Shown piece by piece: positions 8,706-17,828 of a stretch of DNA of 32,000 bases. The stretch is from Promethearchaeota archaeon. GTDB lineage: Archaea > Asgardarchaeota > Hermodarchaeia > Hermodarchaeales > Hermodarchaeaceae. The position numbers were made by a program, and so were the translations under genes. The stretch is from NCBI GenBank assembly GCA_048938295.1, contig JBHLMI010000006.1:69761-101760 (forward strand). Reading direction: 5' to 3'. Positions within the stretch are counted from its first letter, which is position 1; each line of letters begins with the position of its first letter. Under the pieces are notes generated by a model. It saw nothing but the letters and a program-made list of their open reading frames with translations, was not told where the DNA came from and did not search any database.

Positions 8706-9797
8706 CTAGGATTTGAGAACCTTTCTAGGAAGTTGTGCCAAGACCTTAATTGCGTCCTTCACAATGGCGTCAATTAGTTCAGCAACCGTGGGTAAATCCG
8801 ATATGCGACCTGTCACCTCGCCACCAAACATCAGAGCAGTATCGGATTTCCGGTCCAAGAGATCCACAAACCCTGATTGTTCTAGTTTCAATATGGCGTC
8901 ATTCGAGTCGACTGGCTCGCCAAGGTAAAACCGGGGAACATCGTCCAGTGTCTGCTCGACAAGCATCTCTGCCCGTTGGTTCCGAAGAAACCGCATCGGT
9001 CCAAATAACCCACGTCCAACAAGTGTTTGTCGTTCCTCATGATTAATGATGGCGTCTTTCCAGATGGATTCGAAATCACTTTCTTGGGTCGCGATAAAAC
9101 GTGTTCCCATTTGAATCCCTACTGCCCCTAAACAGAGGGCTGCAGCCAGGGATGCTCCATCACTGAACCCTCCTGCAGCGACGACGGGGGTTTTTACTGC
9201 CCGAGCCACCGCCGGTACTAACACCATCGAATGGACGGGGTCCCAGGAGACATGGGCACCACCTTCATGCCCAGAGGCCACAATCACATCAGCCCCTACC
9301 CGTTCAGCCTTCTTGGCATGATAGACAGAGGGCACCACATGCACCCAGATGAGCCCATGTTTTTTGACTTCAGCCCACGGTGTCGGATTCCCGGCAGAGG
9401 TGATTAATACCCGCAGCCGCCGCTCAATATCGGAATCGCCATTCCTAGCCTCAATGACCTGCTCGACGAACATCTTTGACGCTAATAGGAACTCTGCAGC
9501 CACAGGAACATTTACGCCAAAAACGCCCTTCGATGATTTTGTCCCCTTGGCCACTGCTTCCATGGATTTTTGTAATAACACCATTGGTGGATCATCGCCG
9601 AACAATCGTTTCGCATCCACCGGAGCCGCTTCGGGTAAGAGAGTGGCTGCCATCCCGATACTACTAATAACCCCTAAAGCCCCTGCATTAGAAACGGCGA
9701 TGGCTAGGTCCTCAGTCTTATAGGGTCCCATGCCCCCTTGCAGAATGGGCACACGGATATCCAACAGATCACATAGGTCCGTATGAAGACGTGTCAT
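8706..9797 (-). CDS. Nitronate monooxygenase / FabK-like FMN-dependent oxidoreductase
   Basis: PILQGGM, AVSNAGALG, ASGHEGGAH, PVVAAGGFSDG, LGAVGIQMGTRFIAT motifs. Confidence 0.88.
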   Translation of the reverse strand: MTRLHTDLCDLLDIRVPILQGGMGPYKTEDLAIAVSNAGALGVISSIGMAATLLPEAAPVDAKRLFGDDPPMVLLQKSMEAVAKGTKSSKGVFGVNVPVAAEFLLASKMFVEQVIEARNGDSDIERRLRVLITSAGNPTPWAEVKKHGLIWVHVVPSVYHAKKAERVGADVIVASGHEGGAHVSWDPVHSMVLVPAVARAVKTPVVAAGGFSDGASLAAALCLGAVGIQMGTRFIATQESDFESIWKDAIINHEERQTLVGRGLFGPMRFLRNQRAEMLVEQTLDDVPRFYLGEPVDSNDAILKLEQSGFVDLLDRKSDTALMFGGEVTGRISDLPTVAELIDAIVKDAIKVLAQLPRKVLKS

Positions 9798-9857
9798 GCT
9801 ATAGCATGCCCAACCCTTGTGATTTAAATTTACACCTTGAAACCCGGTCGCATGCCG

Positions 9858-10253
9858 CTATTTTGAAGGCACATACGCGATGACATCAATTTCTATAGCC
9901 ACTCCCTTCGGGAGTGTCGCAACACCGATCGTGGTACGAGCTGGGGGATCCAGGTCGAAGTAATTGCTATAGGCATCGTTAACTTCACCGAAATCATGCA
10001 TGTTTGTCAAGTAAATCGTCGTCCGCACCACATCCGCAAGTCTTGCGCCTGCGGCATTTAGAATAGACTTCAAATTCTCCATACATTGCCGAGTTTGATT
10101 ACCAATTGACCCGGTGACGAACTCACCAGTTTTGGGATTTACAGGAACCTGTCCTGCCACAAACAAAAAATCACCTGCGCGGATTGCCTGACTATACGGT
10201 CCCACAGGCGAAGGAGCATCTTGGGTGAACACCCGAGTTTTCTTCGAGGGCAT
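9858..10253 (-). CDS. ridA: RidA/YjgF/UK114 reactive-imine deaminase
   Basis: APSPVGPYSQAI...FVAGQVP...NEYF-like NDAYSNYF..PPARTTIGVATLPKGVAIEIDVIA. Start at ATG 10253 rather than the ORF-track 10442. Confidence 0.9.
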   Translation of the reverse strand: MPSKKTRVFTQDAPSPVGPYSQAIRAGDFLFVAGQVPVNPKTGEFVTGSIGNQTRQCMENLKSILNAAGARLADVVRTTIYLTNMHDFGEVNDAYSNYFDLDPPARTTIGVATLPKGVAIEIDVIAYVPSK

Positions 10254-10442
10254 CAAATCATCTCCAATAACCAGTAACGAGAGTAGACAGGAATCAGTGT
10301 GTACACTTATTATGCTTGCGATATAGGCGCACAGCACTAAACTTTGACCGAGTGTAAAGGTTAAAAAACACCTACCATCCTGTGGGGATAATCTCCACCT
10401 GTAATACAAGGCGGGGAGTCCCTCAAAGGAGAGAAACATCAC

Positions 10443-10619
10443 ATGCCACCAAAAGTAGACGAAACAAAATGCACCGGTTGCGGTACCTGCGTCGACGTTT
10501 GCCCCAGCGAATGCTTCACCCTCGAAGACAACAAGTCCAAAGTCACCGACCCAGATGCGTGCGTCGAATGTGAAAGTTGTGTCGAGAACTGTCCTGAAAG
10601 CGCGATTGTTCTTGAGTGA
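10443..10619 (+). CDS. 2[4Fe-4S] ferredoxin (58 aa)
   Basis: Manual translation: MPPKVDETKCTGCGTCVDVCPSECFTLEDNKSKVTDPDACVECESCVENCPESAIVLE*, with two CxxCxxCxxxCP motifs and an upstream AGGAG. Below the ORF-track length cutoff. Confidence 0.95.
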   Translation: MPPKVDETKCTGCGTCVDVCPSECFTLEDNKSKVTDPDACVECESCVENCPESAIVLE

Positions 10620-10727
10620 ATCTTACGGGATCCAGAGCTTAGCTCTCTTCTCACTAGATATAAGGTTTGAAGCAGAGCATGCCTAATTGTTGTAACTTTT
10701 AGTACTACTTCTGTACAACTACACTCC

Positions 10728-12428
10728 ATGAGGACAATATTCCGCTCTTCAGGGCTCACGCTTTTCACGATTTTATTATGTGTTCAGCTTCTCCTCTCTC
10801 CATTTGTTTCTTCCTCATATCAGAACCTATCCTTGATAGCACATGAACCAACTAACTCAGATCATTTTCAATTTCAGGCAACAGATGTTAGGTTTGGTCA
10901 AAACCGTCGTGTTAATACTGGAGGTTCAGGGTACTCCGAGCAAGTAGAACCCACATTAACGATTCTTAGTAATGGTTGCATCCTTATAGGATGGAAAGAA
11001 GCGGCCACTTCAACTGGACCAGGACTCCGGGTAGGCTTTGCTTATTCGGAAGATGATGGCTATTCATTCAGCAATAACACTCTTATGGCCACATTGGGTG
11101 GCGGTTCGCAATCCGATCCCTGGCTTGTAAAAGACCAGAATGATAACGCTTATTTTACCTTCCTTGAATATGGCGGTTCTTCCGAGGGTATGGGTGTGGC
11201 GAAGACGATTGATGGTGGGTTGACATGGCAACCACCAACACAAGCTAGTGATACGCCCGGAGAGCTTGATGACAAAGAAACCATGTGTGTCGATTCCAAT
11301 GGGAATCTCTATTTGGTCTGGGATTTCATCTACTACAGTGGTGGTGCAGCCTTTCTGAAATTTACAAGATCTACAAATAGTGGTGCCTCCTTTGATCCCA
11401 CTACAACACTTGGCCTTTGGGAAGAACGGGGTGGTATTCCCTATATCACCTGTTCAGCGAATAACACGCTCTATATGACAACATATGACTCAAGTGAAGC
11501 GTATCCAGATATGATTTATCTTTCAAAATCAATCGATTTAGGCAATACTTGGACAACACCTGCTAATGTGAACACCTGGGGTTACCCGAGCATTGCATTA
11601 ATCACTGTATGTGCCACTGATAGCAATAATGATGTGTACATCTGTTTTGCTGCAGGTTCCATTACTGATTATGAAGTCTATGTGACCAAATCAATAGATG
11701 GTGGTTTCTCTTGGTCCACACCGGTACAGATCAATGATAAGAGCACGAATATGCAACGAATGGTCGAGATGCACATTGATCCCGAAGATAATATTCATGT
11801 TGCCTGGTTAGATGGCAGTCTAGGTGAATGGAATATCTTCTACAGTTACTCAACTGACGGAGGAGCCACATTCTCTAATGATATTAAAATCACAAGTGAA
11901 GGCACACCATTCTCATACACACGCCCTGGTGACTACTTCACATTGCGCTCTGGTCCCAATGGTCGACTCTACATTGTTTGGACCGATGGACGAGGCCAGG
12001 ACCAGGATATCTACTTTGCAAAGCAGGATCTTTTAGCGCCACAAATCAATCATACACCGCCAGTGTTTATATTGATACAAACACCTTTCAACGTCGAGGT
12101 TCAGGCATCAGATGATGACGCTATCGAACGGGTTGAATTTCATTATCGCATCGGAGACATAGGAACCTGGAATACTCAGCTTTTGACTCGTATCTCTTCA
12201 ACATCCTATCAAGGAGAGATTGATGCTGATCGAATGATAGGATCTACGATTGCGTACTATTTTACCGTTAATGATTATGCCCAACGACAGACATTTCTTC
12301 CCGCTTCAGGATATTTCATTATTCCTCTACTACCGGTATCACCAACGATGATCATCATAATTGTGGCCTCTATCATCATTATCACAATAGTTGTAATCTT
12401 TGCTATATGGTATCTTCGCCGACCATAA
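10728..12428 (+). CDS. Surface-anchored BNR/Asp-box (sialidase-fold) propeller protein with Ig-like domain and C-terminal TM
   Basis: Signal peptide. Six Asp-box motifs: YSEDDGYSF, KTIDGGLTW, RSTNSGASF, KSIDLGNTW, KSIDGGFSW, YSTDGGATF. Ig-like APQINHTP...VEFHYR...YYFTVND, then a hydrophobic anchor ending WYLRRP. Confidence 0.85.
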   Translation: MRTIFRSSGLTLFTILLCVQLLLSPFVSSSYQNLSLIAHEPTNSDHFQFQATDVRFGQNRRVNTGGSGYSEQVEPTLTILSNGCILIGWKEAATSTGPGLRVGFAYSEDDGYSFSNNTLMATLGGGSQSDPWLVKDQNDNAYFTFLEYGGSSEGMGVAKTIDGGLTWQPPTQASDTPGELDDKETMCVDSNGNLYLVWDFIYYSGGAAFLKFTRSTNSGASFDPTTTLGLWEERGGIPYITCSANNTLYMTTYDSSEAYPDMIYLSKSIDLGNTWTTPANVNTWGYPSIALITVCATDSNNDVYICFAAGSITDYEVYVTKSIDGGFSWSTPVQINDKSTNMQRMVEMHIDPEDNIHVAWLDGSLGEWNIFYSYSTDGGATFSNDIKITSEGTPFSYTRPGDYFTLRSGPNGRLYIVWTDGRGQDQDIYFAKQDLLAPQINHTPPVFILIQTPFNVEVQASDDDAIERVEFHYRIGDIGTWNTQLLTRISSTSYQGEIDADRMIGSTIAYYFTVNDYAQRQTFLPASGYFIIPLLPVSPTMIIIIVASIIIITIVVIFAIWYLRRP

Positions 12429-12794
12429 TTTCTTCACAGAAAGCGTTGGTCAGGATTACTTAGCTTCCCGACTAATGACCATAATACGATATACAAATCC
12501 TTGTTTTTAACCTTCAAGTAGGTTGAGAGCTAATCTTCTAGTTTAAGGTGTCCTAGAACGACTCCATGAAATCCGTGGCGTATCACAAGATATGTGTACA
12601 GTGTGGTTTAAACTGGATAGGGTTCTTTGTCTCCAGGTGGATGAGTCATCAAGTCATCACCATGACGAGTGGGTGACTTCGTCTTCGTTTGATGGGAATA
12701 AAAGGCGACAAAAAGCGGGAGTCTAATGGAGAATATGATGTAAACGCGGTTCTTATGTGTTAAAATAGCTCAAGCAGCGTTCATTATGGTGTAA

Positions 12795-12808
12795 ATGTGA
12801 TTTCACAT
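12795..12808. promoter_or_regulatory. Palindrome upstream of the first double-Lrp-like regulator
   Basis: ATGTGA-tt-TCACAT, about 140 nt upstream of ATG 12947. Confidence 0.35.
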
Positions 12809-12946
12809 AACAGAGGGTGTTTGTTTAAGATTCTGGTAATTATTTTCTAAGAAAAGTGCGAAAAAAATTACTTTTTCTGGCAATTTTATCTCGGAAATTT
12901 TCACGATAAGTAAGGCTTTTGGGCATGTTAAATCGGTGTTATCATC

Positions 12947-14347
12947 ATGGCGGGAGTGATCGACCACCCACTGATTGAACTCGCCGATCAGATCGTGGCG
13001 AGAACACAACCAGTGGAGGAGAGAGCATCGATTCAACGTAGATTATACAATATCATTCTTTACATCAAACGGGTTGAAAACAAAGAATTAACTCAAAAAG
13101 AAAGAGAATTTCTGGCACATCGCAAACTCGGTATAACAGCAATGGCTGCCTCCCAAGAGCTTGCGGATGGCTTAAGAGACCGGATTCGAATAATTAACGA
13201 GTATCACATTGAGTCCGCTTTTCGGATTTATGAAATGCTTGAATATGGCTTCGAGATTACCTCGCCACGCTCACTTTCAAAAAAGCAGGTATTGATTCTT
13301 CAAGAATTGGTAAAGGATCCAATGATGAAAGTGTCCCAGCTGAGCACACGGTTAAACAAATCCCGTCATACTGTTACCAAGATTTTAAATGAATTGGAAG
13401 AGCATTTCGCACTTAGCCGCCTTTATGTAGCAAATCGAGGGAAACTGAAGCTATCGTCTTTCATTCTGTTTTTTCAAACTAAGTCTTACCAGCATTCAAA
13501 AGCACTTGAATCTTGGGTTCGAAAATCGCCACCGTTATTTGGGACCACCCTTGTCTTTGATGTGACATTTCGTAATGGATATCTCGGATATGCTATTCCA
13601 TCCCAACATCGAGCATACCGGCTGTTTACTGACCGTCTAAGACGTTTAGAACAGACCTATTTCAAACGAACTCAACTCCAAGAATTAACAGAACATTTTT
13701 GGAACATCCGTTTTGACTATTATGACTCGGGCCAAGGACAGTGGTTAATTCCCCCTGTATTGAAAGACCCTTCAGAACTTCCAAGGATAGGGCAAACAGA
13801 GAATTCAGGAATCACCTATTGCACTCATGCTGACTTGGGAGAACCTGGGGATTTTGACTGTATTGATCTTCTTATCACCAAAGCAAAAATCAAAGCACAG
13901 GACACCATCGCAAATATCCAAGCTTATCTCACTCAATACGGTTACCAACTCCCATATCCGGTGGTATCACAGCGCATCAATCGACTAACACAGGAAGGAA
14001 TACTTTTTCCACATCTCTATTTCAGCGGAGCGGGAATCGAAGAATTCGTTGGACTGGGGATTACCTGTCAACCAAAAACCCGATACCAACTCCAGATACT
14101 CGCATCATATTTTCCGCTTTCTTTCACATATTTGTCCAAACAAGGAATTACGATTTTTATCAAACTCCCGATGGGATGGAGAGACTTCTTTTCCAAATTC
14201 GTTCATGACCTACCCTCAGTCTATGACATTGGAGAAGTAATGGTGGTTCATCAGGAACGCAATTTTGGTAGCGGTCTCAAAGATGAAGTATATGTTCGTT
14301 GGAATGAAAAACGGCAGTATTGGGAATTTACCGACGACGAGATCTAG
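12947..14347 (+). CDS. Duplicated Lrp/AsnC-like (HTH + RAM-like, twice) transcriptional regulator with N-terminal helical extension, paralog A
   Basis: HTH LSKKQVLILQELVKDPMMKVSQLSTRLNKSRHTVTKILNEL; NIRFDYYDSGQGQW; second degenerate HTH (FDCIDLLI...VVSQRINRLTQEGIL); terminal WNEKRQYWEF. Confidence 0.7.
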   Translation: MAGVIDHPLIELADQIVARTQPVEERASIQRRLYNIILYIKRVENKELTQKEREFLAHRKLGITAMAASQELADGLRDRIRIINEYHIESAFRIYEMLEYGFEITSPRSLSKKQVLILQELVKDPMMKVSQLSTRLNKSRHTVTKILNELEEHFALSRLYVANRGKLKLSSFILFFQTKSYQHSKALESWVRKSPPLFGTTLVFDVTFRNGYLGYAIPSQHRAYRLFTDRLRRLEQTYFKRTQLQELTEHFWNIRFDYYDSGQGQWLIPPVLKDPSELPRIGQTENSGITYCTHADLGEPGDFDCIDLLITKAKIKAQDTIANIQAYLTQYGYQLPYPVVSQRINRLTQEGILFPHLYFSGAGIEEFVGLGITCQPKTRYQLQILASYFPLSFTYLSKQGITIFIKLPMGWRDFFSKFVHDLPSVYDIGEVMVVHQERNFGSGLKDEVYVRWNEKRQYWEFTDDEI

Positions 14348-14401
14348 ATACCCAGAAGGGGCATTCGTTGGAGGTGAATGCCCCATTGGATATCTGGGTA
14401 T
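14348..14401. terminator. Two-tier hairpin between convergent genes (candidate bidirectional terminator)
   Basis: Outer stem ATACCCAGA (14348-14356)/TCTGGGTAT (14393-14401) and inner stem GGGGCATTC (14358-14366)/GAATGCCCC (14376-14384), filling the gap between stops at 14347 and 14407. Confidence 0.55.
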
Positions 14402-14406
14402 GGTGC

Positions 14407-14682
14407 CTAATCGCGTCTCAAAATTCTCAGCTCAACCCCCCTAGTTGACTCAGAGGGCACAATGGTTATAGCCTTTGGTGTTTGTATACCAAAGTCCCGT
14501 GCAAGCGCTAGAAGGAGTAGGTTGCACACTGCGGCGAGTTGGCGGGAATGTTCTCGCTCCGAAAAACGATCGACGCAGAGATAACGAATTTTCTCGTGGG
14601 ACACCTGGAGACTTACATCCGCATGGAAGGGGATATTAGATTCGGATTGTTGAGGATCATGGGTAGGTGATTCGTTAGTCAA
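14407..14682 (-). CDS. Small hypothetical protein
   Basis: 91-aa ORF that overlaps no other gene, with an amphipathic helix (QLAAVCNLLLLALARDFG) and a possible SD (AAGGGATG-like) before a TTG start. No family recognised. Confidence 0.5.
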   Translation of the reverse strand: MTNESPTHDPQQSESNIPFHADVSLQVSHEKIRYLCVDRFSEREHSRQLAAVCNLLLLALARDFGIQTPKAITIVPSESTRGVELRILRRD

Positions 14683-15026
14683 AGTGCATCCCTTACTCTT
14701 GATCTTCTAGCGAGGTGTGGAGAAAGAGGGATAACGGGTTTGGTGGGAACATCCTTCTCCATATAACGGAAAGGGATTTTGCCTTTTAAGATAAGAATTA
14801 GAAACCTTAGTCAGGCTTTTTCTCCGAATAGGACACTAATAGATGCCCGAAGATTAATTACGGATTCAAGCCAGCGTTTTACGGAATTTGGGAGGAGTAC
14901 TTGCCATGTTGTGGAATAAAATTCAGCTATCAGCCGGGAAAATGTAACAGGAGATTTGTATTTGAGTCATTTTTTCTTTTTCATCCGTAATCTTAAGAAT
15001 CATAAAAGGTCTAAAGAAAAGGTGGA

Positions 15027-16430
15027 ATGGACATCTATCAAGATAGACTTCTGAAACAAGGTCAACAAATCCTTAAAGGGATCGCCCCAGGAAATGATGC
15101 CACTCAGCTTCAGAAGCTTTTGAACCAACTTATCCATTACCAACTTCGAGTACGTGGGATAACATCAATTGGCATACCTTCGGATTCACCCTTTTTTAAC
15201 TCTCAAACAACATTACCCTCCCTCGACTTAGCTGCAGAGATTGATTACCGATTAGCTCTATTAGCCTCCTATCAGTTATCGAAGCCTAAACGAATCGTCA
15301 AAACCCTCATGGCAGGATTACAAATAGAAAAGCCCCCACAATTTACCCAATTACAAATCAGACTTCTAACGGAAATGCACCAAGACTCAAGAGTAGGCAC
15401 AGTAAACCTTTCTAAAACGTTACATGTTAGCCCAAGGACAATTAATCAGCAGAAACATGAATTGCTGTCAGCTTTTGGAGCACGAACAGCAGCGGTAATT
15501 GATCCCCATCGATTTGGGCTAGTCCATGTTGGAGTATGGTTCCGGGCAAATTCCCCTGAAGCATCACAAAGCATCGAACACTGGATTTTCCAGGAAGCAC
15601 ACCTCAACGGAGCTCTCCCCTTCCTGCATGGATTTGGATTTGATGTCAACCAACAAAATGGGCTCCTGATGCTATATTTACCAGACGAAAGGCGAGTACT
15701 AACACAATTCAACCAAACCCTGGAAAAACTAGCAGATTCTCATTTAGAAAGTTATGAGATAATTCCCTTCCAAGGCTTTTTCAGCAACGTGAATTTCAAC
15801 ACTTACGATTATGTTTCCCAGCAATGGCAGATAACCTCCGATTTACGAACAGAAGGCACCCGTCGTTTCATCGAAGAGTACGGCCCCCAGTTTCCACCCC
15901 CACGGGGCAGCTTGTACCAAAAGAAACCGTTGGCATTCACTCAAGCTGATTGGATACTCGCCCTCAGCATCTGCGAAGGATTAGTGGACCGGAAGGACCG
16001 ACAACACATTATTGCTTCACACGGATTCCCTTTTGCAAACAAAACTGGGTGGGCTCATGAGCATCGTTTAGAAAACGCTCAGGCATATATTCGGTACCTT
16101 ACCTTCAGCAACTTACTCTTCGCCGAGATCATTTGTATTATCGTAGTATGTGAAACTTCCATGGTTGACTTCTTTCACCAGTTTTCCACCCAATTTGCCA
16201 TGAGCCGGCTTATGCCTACACCGGAGGGAGTTGTGGTTTTCATTGGGATCCCCACCCAGGCTTCAAGCTTCATAAACCAACTCATCCACACGCTCATCGA
16301 TATTCCGGGTCTTCGTAATATCGACTTTTTACGGCTAAAGCGCAACCTCCCAAGCACACCCCCTATACATACTTTTCACCTTTGGAATCCCAGCCCTAAG
16401 CGCTGGAGCTACCCAAAATACGATGATTAA
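15027..16430 (+). CDS. Duplicated Lrp/AsnC-like regulator, paralog B
   Basis: Same size (467 vs 466 aa) and layout as 12947-14347: FTQLQIRLLTEMHQDSRVGTVNLSKTLHVSPRTINQ, NVNFNTYDYVSQQW, FTQADWILAL, terminal WNPSPKRWSY. Confidence 0.7.
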   Translation: MDIYQDRLLKQGQQILKGIAPGNDATQLQKLLNQLIHYQLRVRGITSIGIPSDSPFFNSQTTLPSLDLAAEIDYRLALLASYQLSKPKRIVKTLMAGLQIEKPPQFTQLQIRLLTEMHQDSRVGTVNLSKTLHVSPRTINQQKHELLSAFGARTAAVIDPHRFGLVHVGVWFRANSPEASQSIEHWIFQEAHLNGALPFLHGFGFDVNQQNGLLMLYLPDERRVLTQFNQTLEKLADSHLESYEIIPFQGFFSNVNFNTYDYVSQQWQITSDLRTEGTRRFIEEYGPQFPPPRGSLYQKKPLAFTQADWILALSICEGLVDRKDRQHIIASHGFPFANKTGWAHEHRLENAQAYIRYLTFSNLLFAEIICIIVVCETSMVDFFHQFSTQFAMSRLMPTPEGVVVFIGIPTQASSFINQLIHTLIDIPGLRNIDFLRLKRNLPSTPPIHTFHLWNPSPKRWSYPKYDD

Positions 16431-16963
16431 TGACGCCCTAATTAAAATCAACAATAAAGCTTCGGCTCAAGATGTAAAAGGTGACGCAAAAAGGTGCGCC
16501 ACCCTATAGCGGGATGGGGCGTCCATTTAATGAGGACATAAAGGAGGAGAGGGGGAGAGGGGAATGAAAGACACAGGGAAAGGAGACCCCATCCTGTCGC
16601 CGTAAAGTTTTGGTTTTACCTCATTTGATGTCTTGTGTCGGGAAACTGGCATTCCGGAGAAGGTGGAAAAGTTGGGTTGGTAGAGGACTTACTCGTCGTG
16701 TAAGCTGTATTATTGTGCTCTATTCCACCTCGGGGAACTCCCGTTATCCAGTTTTATAGGGGGGTACTGAATTTAAAATGCTTTCCTTTTGCTTCTGCAC
16801 GTTTTTTCCGGAAAATACTATAGAATCGGAAAAAACCAGGTTCAAGACGCATCTGAATAATGGGGAGAATATCGGGAGCGGAATATTTGTCCGCGCACGA
16901 GAAGGAAAAGCAATCACTTTTAAGGAGATAGTAAAGGATGTGTGCGCGGAGGGTTTCTCTGAA

Positions 16964-17677
16964 TTGCTCTTTATTCTTGAAACACCTTTCCATTTTGGAG
17001 TTATTCTACTGCTTGCTATTATCTTTCTCTTCTTCGCACTTTTTGGAATCATTGGCGTCCTCCGAAGTGAACACCCATCGCCTTCAGGGTGGTCGGGATT
17101 CTTGACTGTCGCCTTTGGTTTCTTCGCCTTCATCATCCTCGCCGCGTCTGTATTCTTGTTGCCTGCCACGGCGACAGCTAGTGAACTGTTCCCCTACTAT
17201 CTTGCGGTGTATTCTTTCGTTGGATTACATGCATTCTTCATGGTGTTCTATTTCCTCGACTTATCCTGGTTTAAGAAACGAATGTGGCTCGTGTATCTGC
17301 CAATTCTGGCAACGTTTTCCTGGATTGCTATCATGTGGTTTTATGTGACCCCGACGACTGTGAGCGTCGTCTCAGATGGAGTCCTCAACTTCATCGTGAT
17401 GCCGTTGAACTTTTTGCTCTACTCTGCCTTCTTGACAGTAATCTATCTATTCCTGGTTCCGACACTTGTTCTTTACAGGCTCGCAAAGGCCCGTGAAGGA
17501 TCGATGAAGATGTGGACCTGGATTGGTTGGCTAGGTAGCCTGCTGTGGTTTATCTCTGTTCTACTTATGGCGCTTGTTCAGTACACTGCGCCGTTTATGA
17601 TCTATATCTTCATTATCGCCTCGTTTGCTTGGATAATCATATTCATCGCATGGTACCTAACAACACAGAGAAGCTAG
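16964..17677 (+). CDS. Stand-alone 7-TM membrane protein, paralog 1
   Basis: TTG 16964 is preferred: it follows GGAGGGT and aligns with the paralog start (MLFILETPFHF vs MLLFIHETPVHF). Seven hydrophobic segments; no cytoplasmic domain. Confidence 0.8.
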   Translation: MLFILETPFHFGVILLLAIIFLFFALFGIIGVLRSEHPSPSGWSGFLTVAFGFFAFIILAASVFLLPATATASELFPYYLAVYSFVGLHAFFMVFYFLDLSWFKKRMWLVYLPILATFSWIAIMWFYVTPTTVSVVSDGVLNFIVMPLNFLLYSAFLTVIYLFLVPTLVLYRLAKAREGSMKMWTWIGWLGSLLWFISVLLMALVQYTAPFMIYIFIIASFAWIIIFIAWYLTTQRS

Positions 17678-17828
17678 ATAGGATAATCCCAGATATCTGG
17701 CCTGTTACCTGAGATTCACAGGGAATGGGCCTCTCTTCCTTTTTCATCAAAGTCACTTAGTGAGTGGTACTGCTCTGAAAGTGGAAGTCTATTTATAGAA
17801 AATCGTTGGAGGACTTATTGGAGGGTAT

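Noticed and set aside
10382-10768. ORF-track entries 10382-10573 (+), 10439-10768 (-) and the 5' extension of ridA to 10442
   Set aside because: They overlap the clear ferredoxin gene or promoter region and have no protein-like features.
12567-12677. 36-aa ORF MKSVAYHKICVQCGLNW... with a CxxC
   Set aside because: It has only one CxxC, no SD and no other support. It may be a chance ORF in a long spacer.
14345-14401. PYLIS-like hairpin right after a TAG stop
   Set aside because: Readthrough would add only about 10 aa before a TGA, and the paralog ends at the equivalent W-x5-W motif, so the TAG is the natural stop.
16744-17169. Antisense ORFs 16744-17169 and 16754-16993, and the 5' extension of the 7TM gene to 16778
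   Set aside because: The antisense ORFs are shadows of the hydrophobic gene. Paralog alignment and SD position put the real start at 16964.
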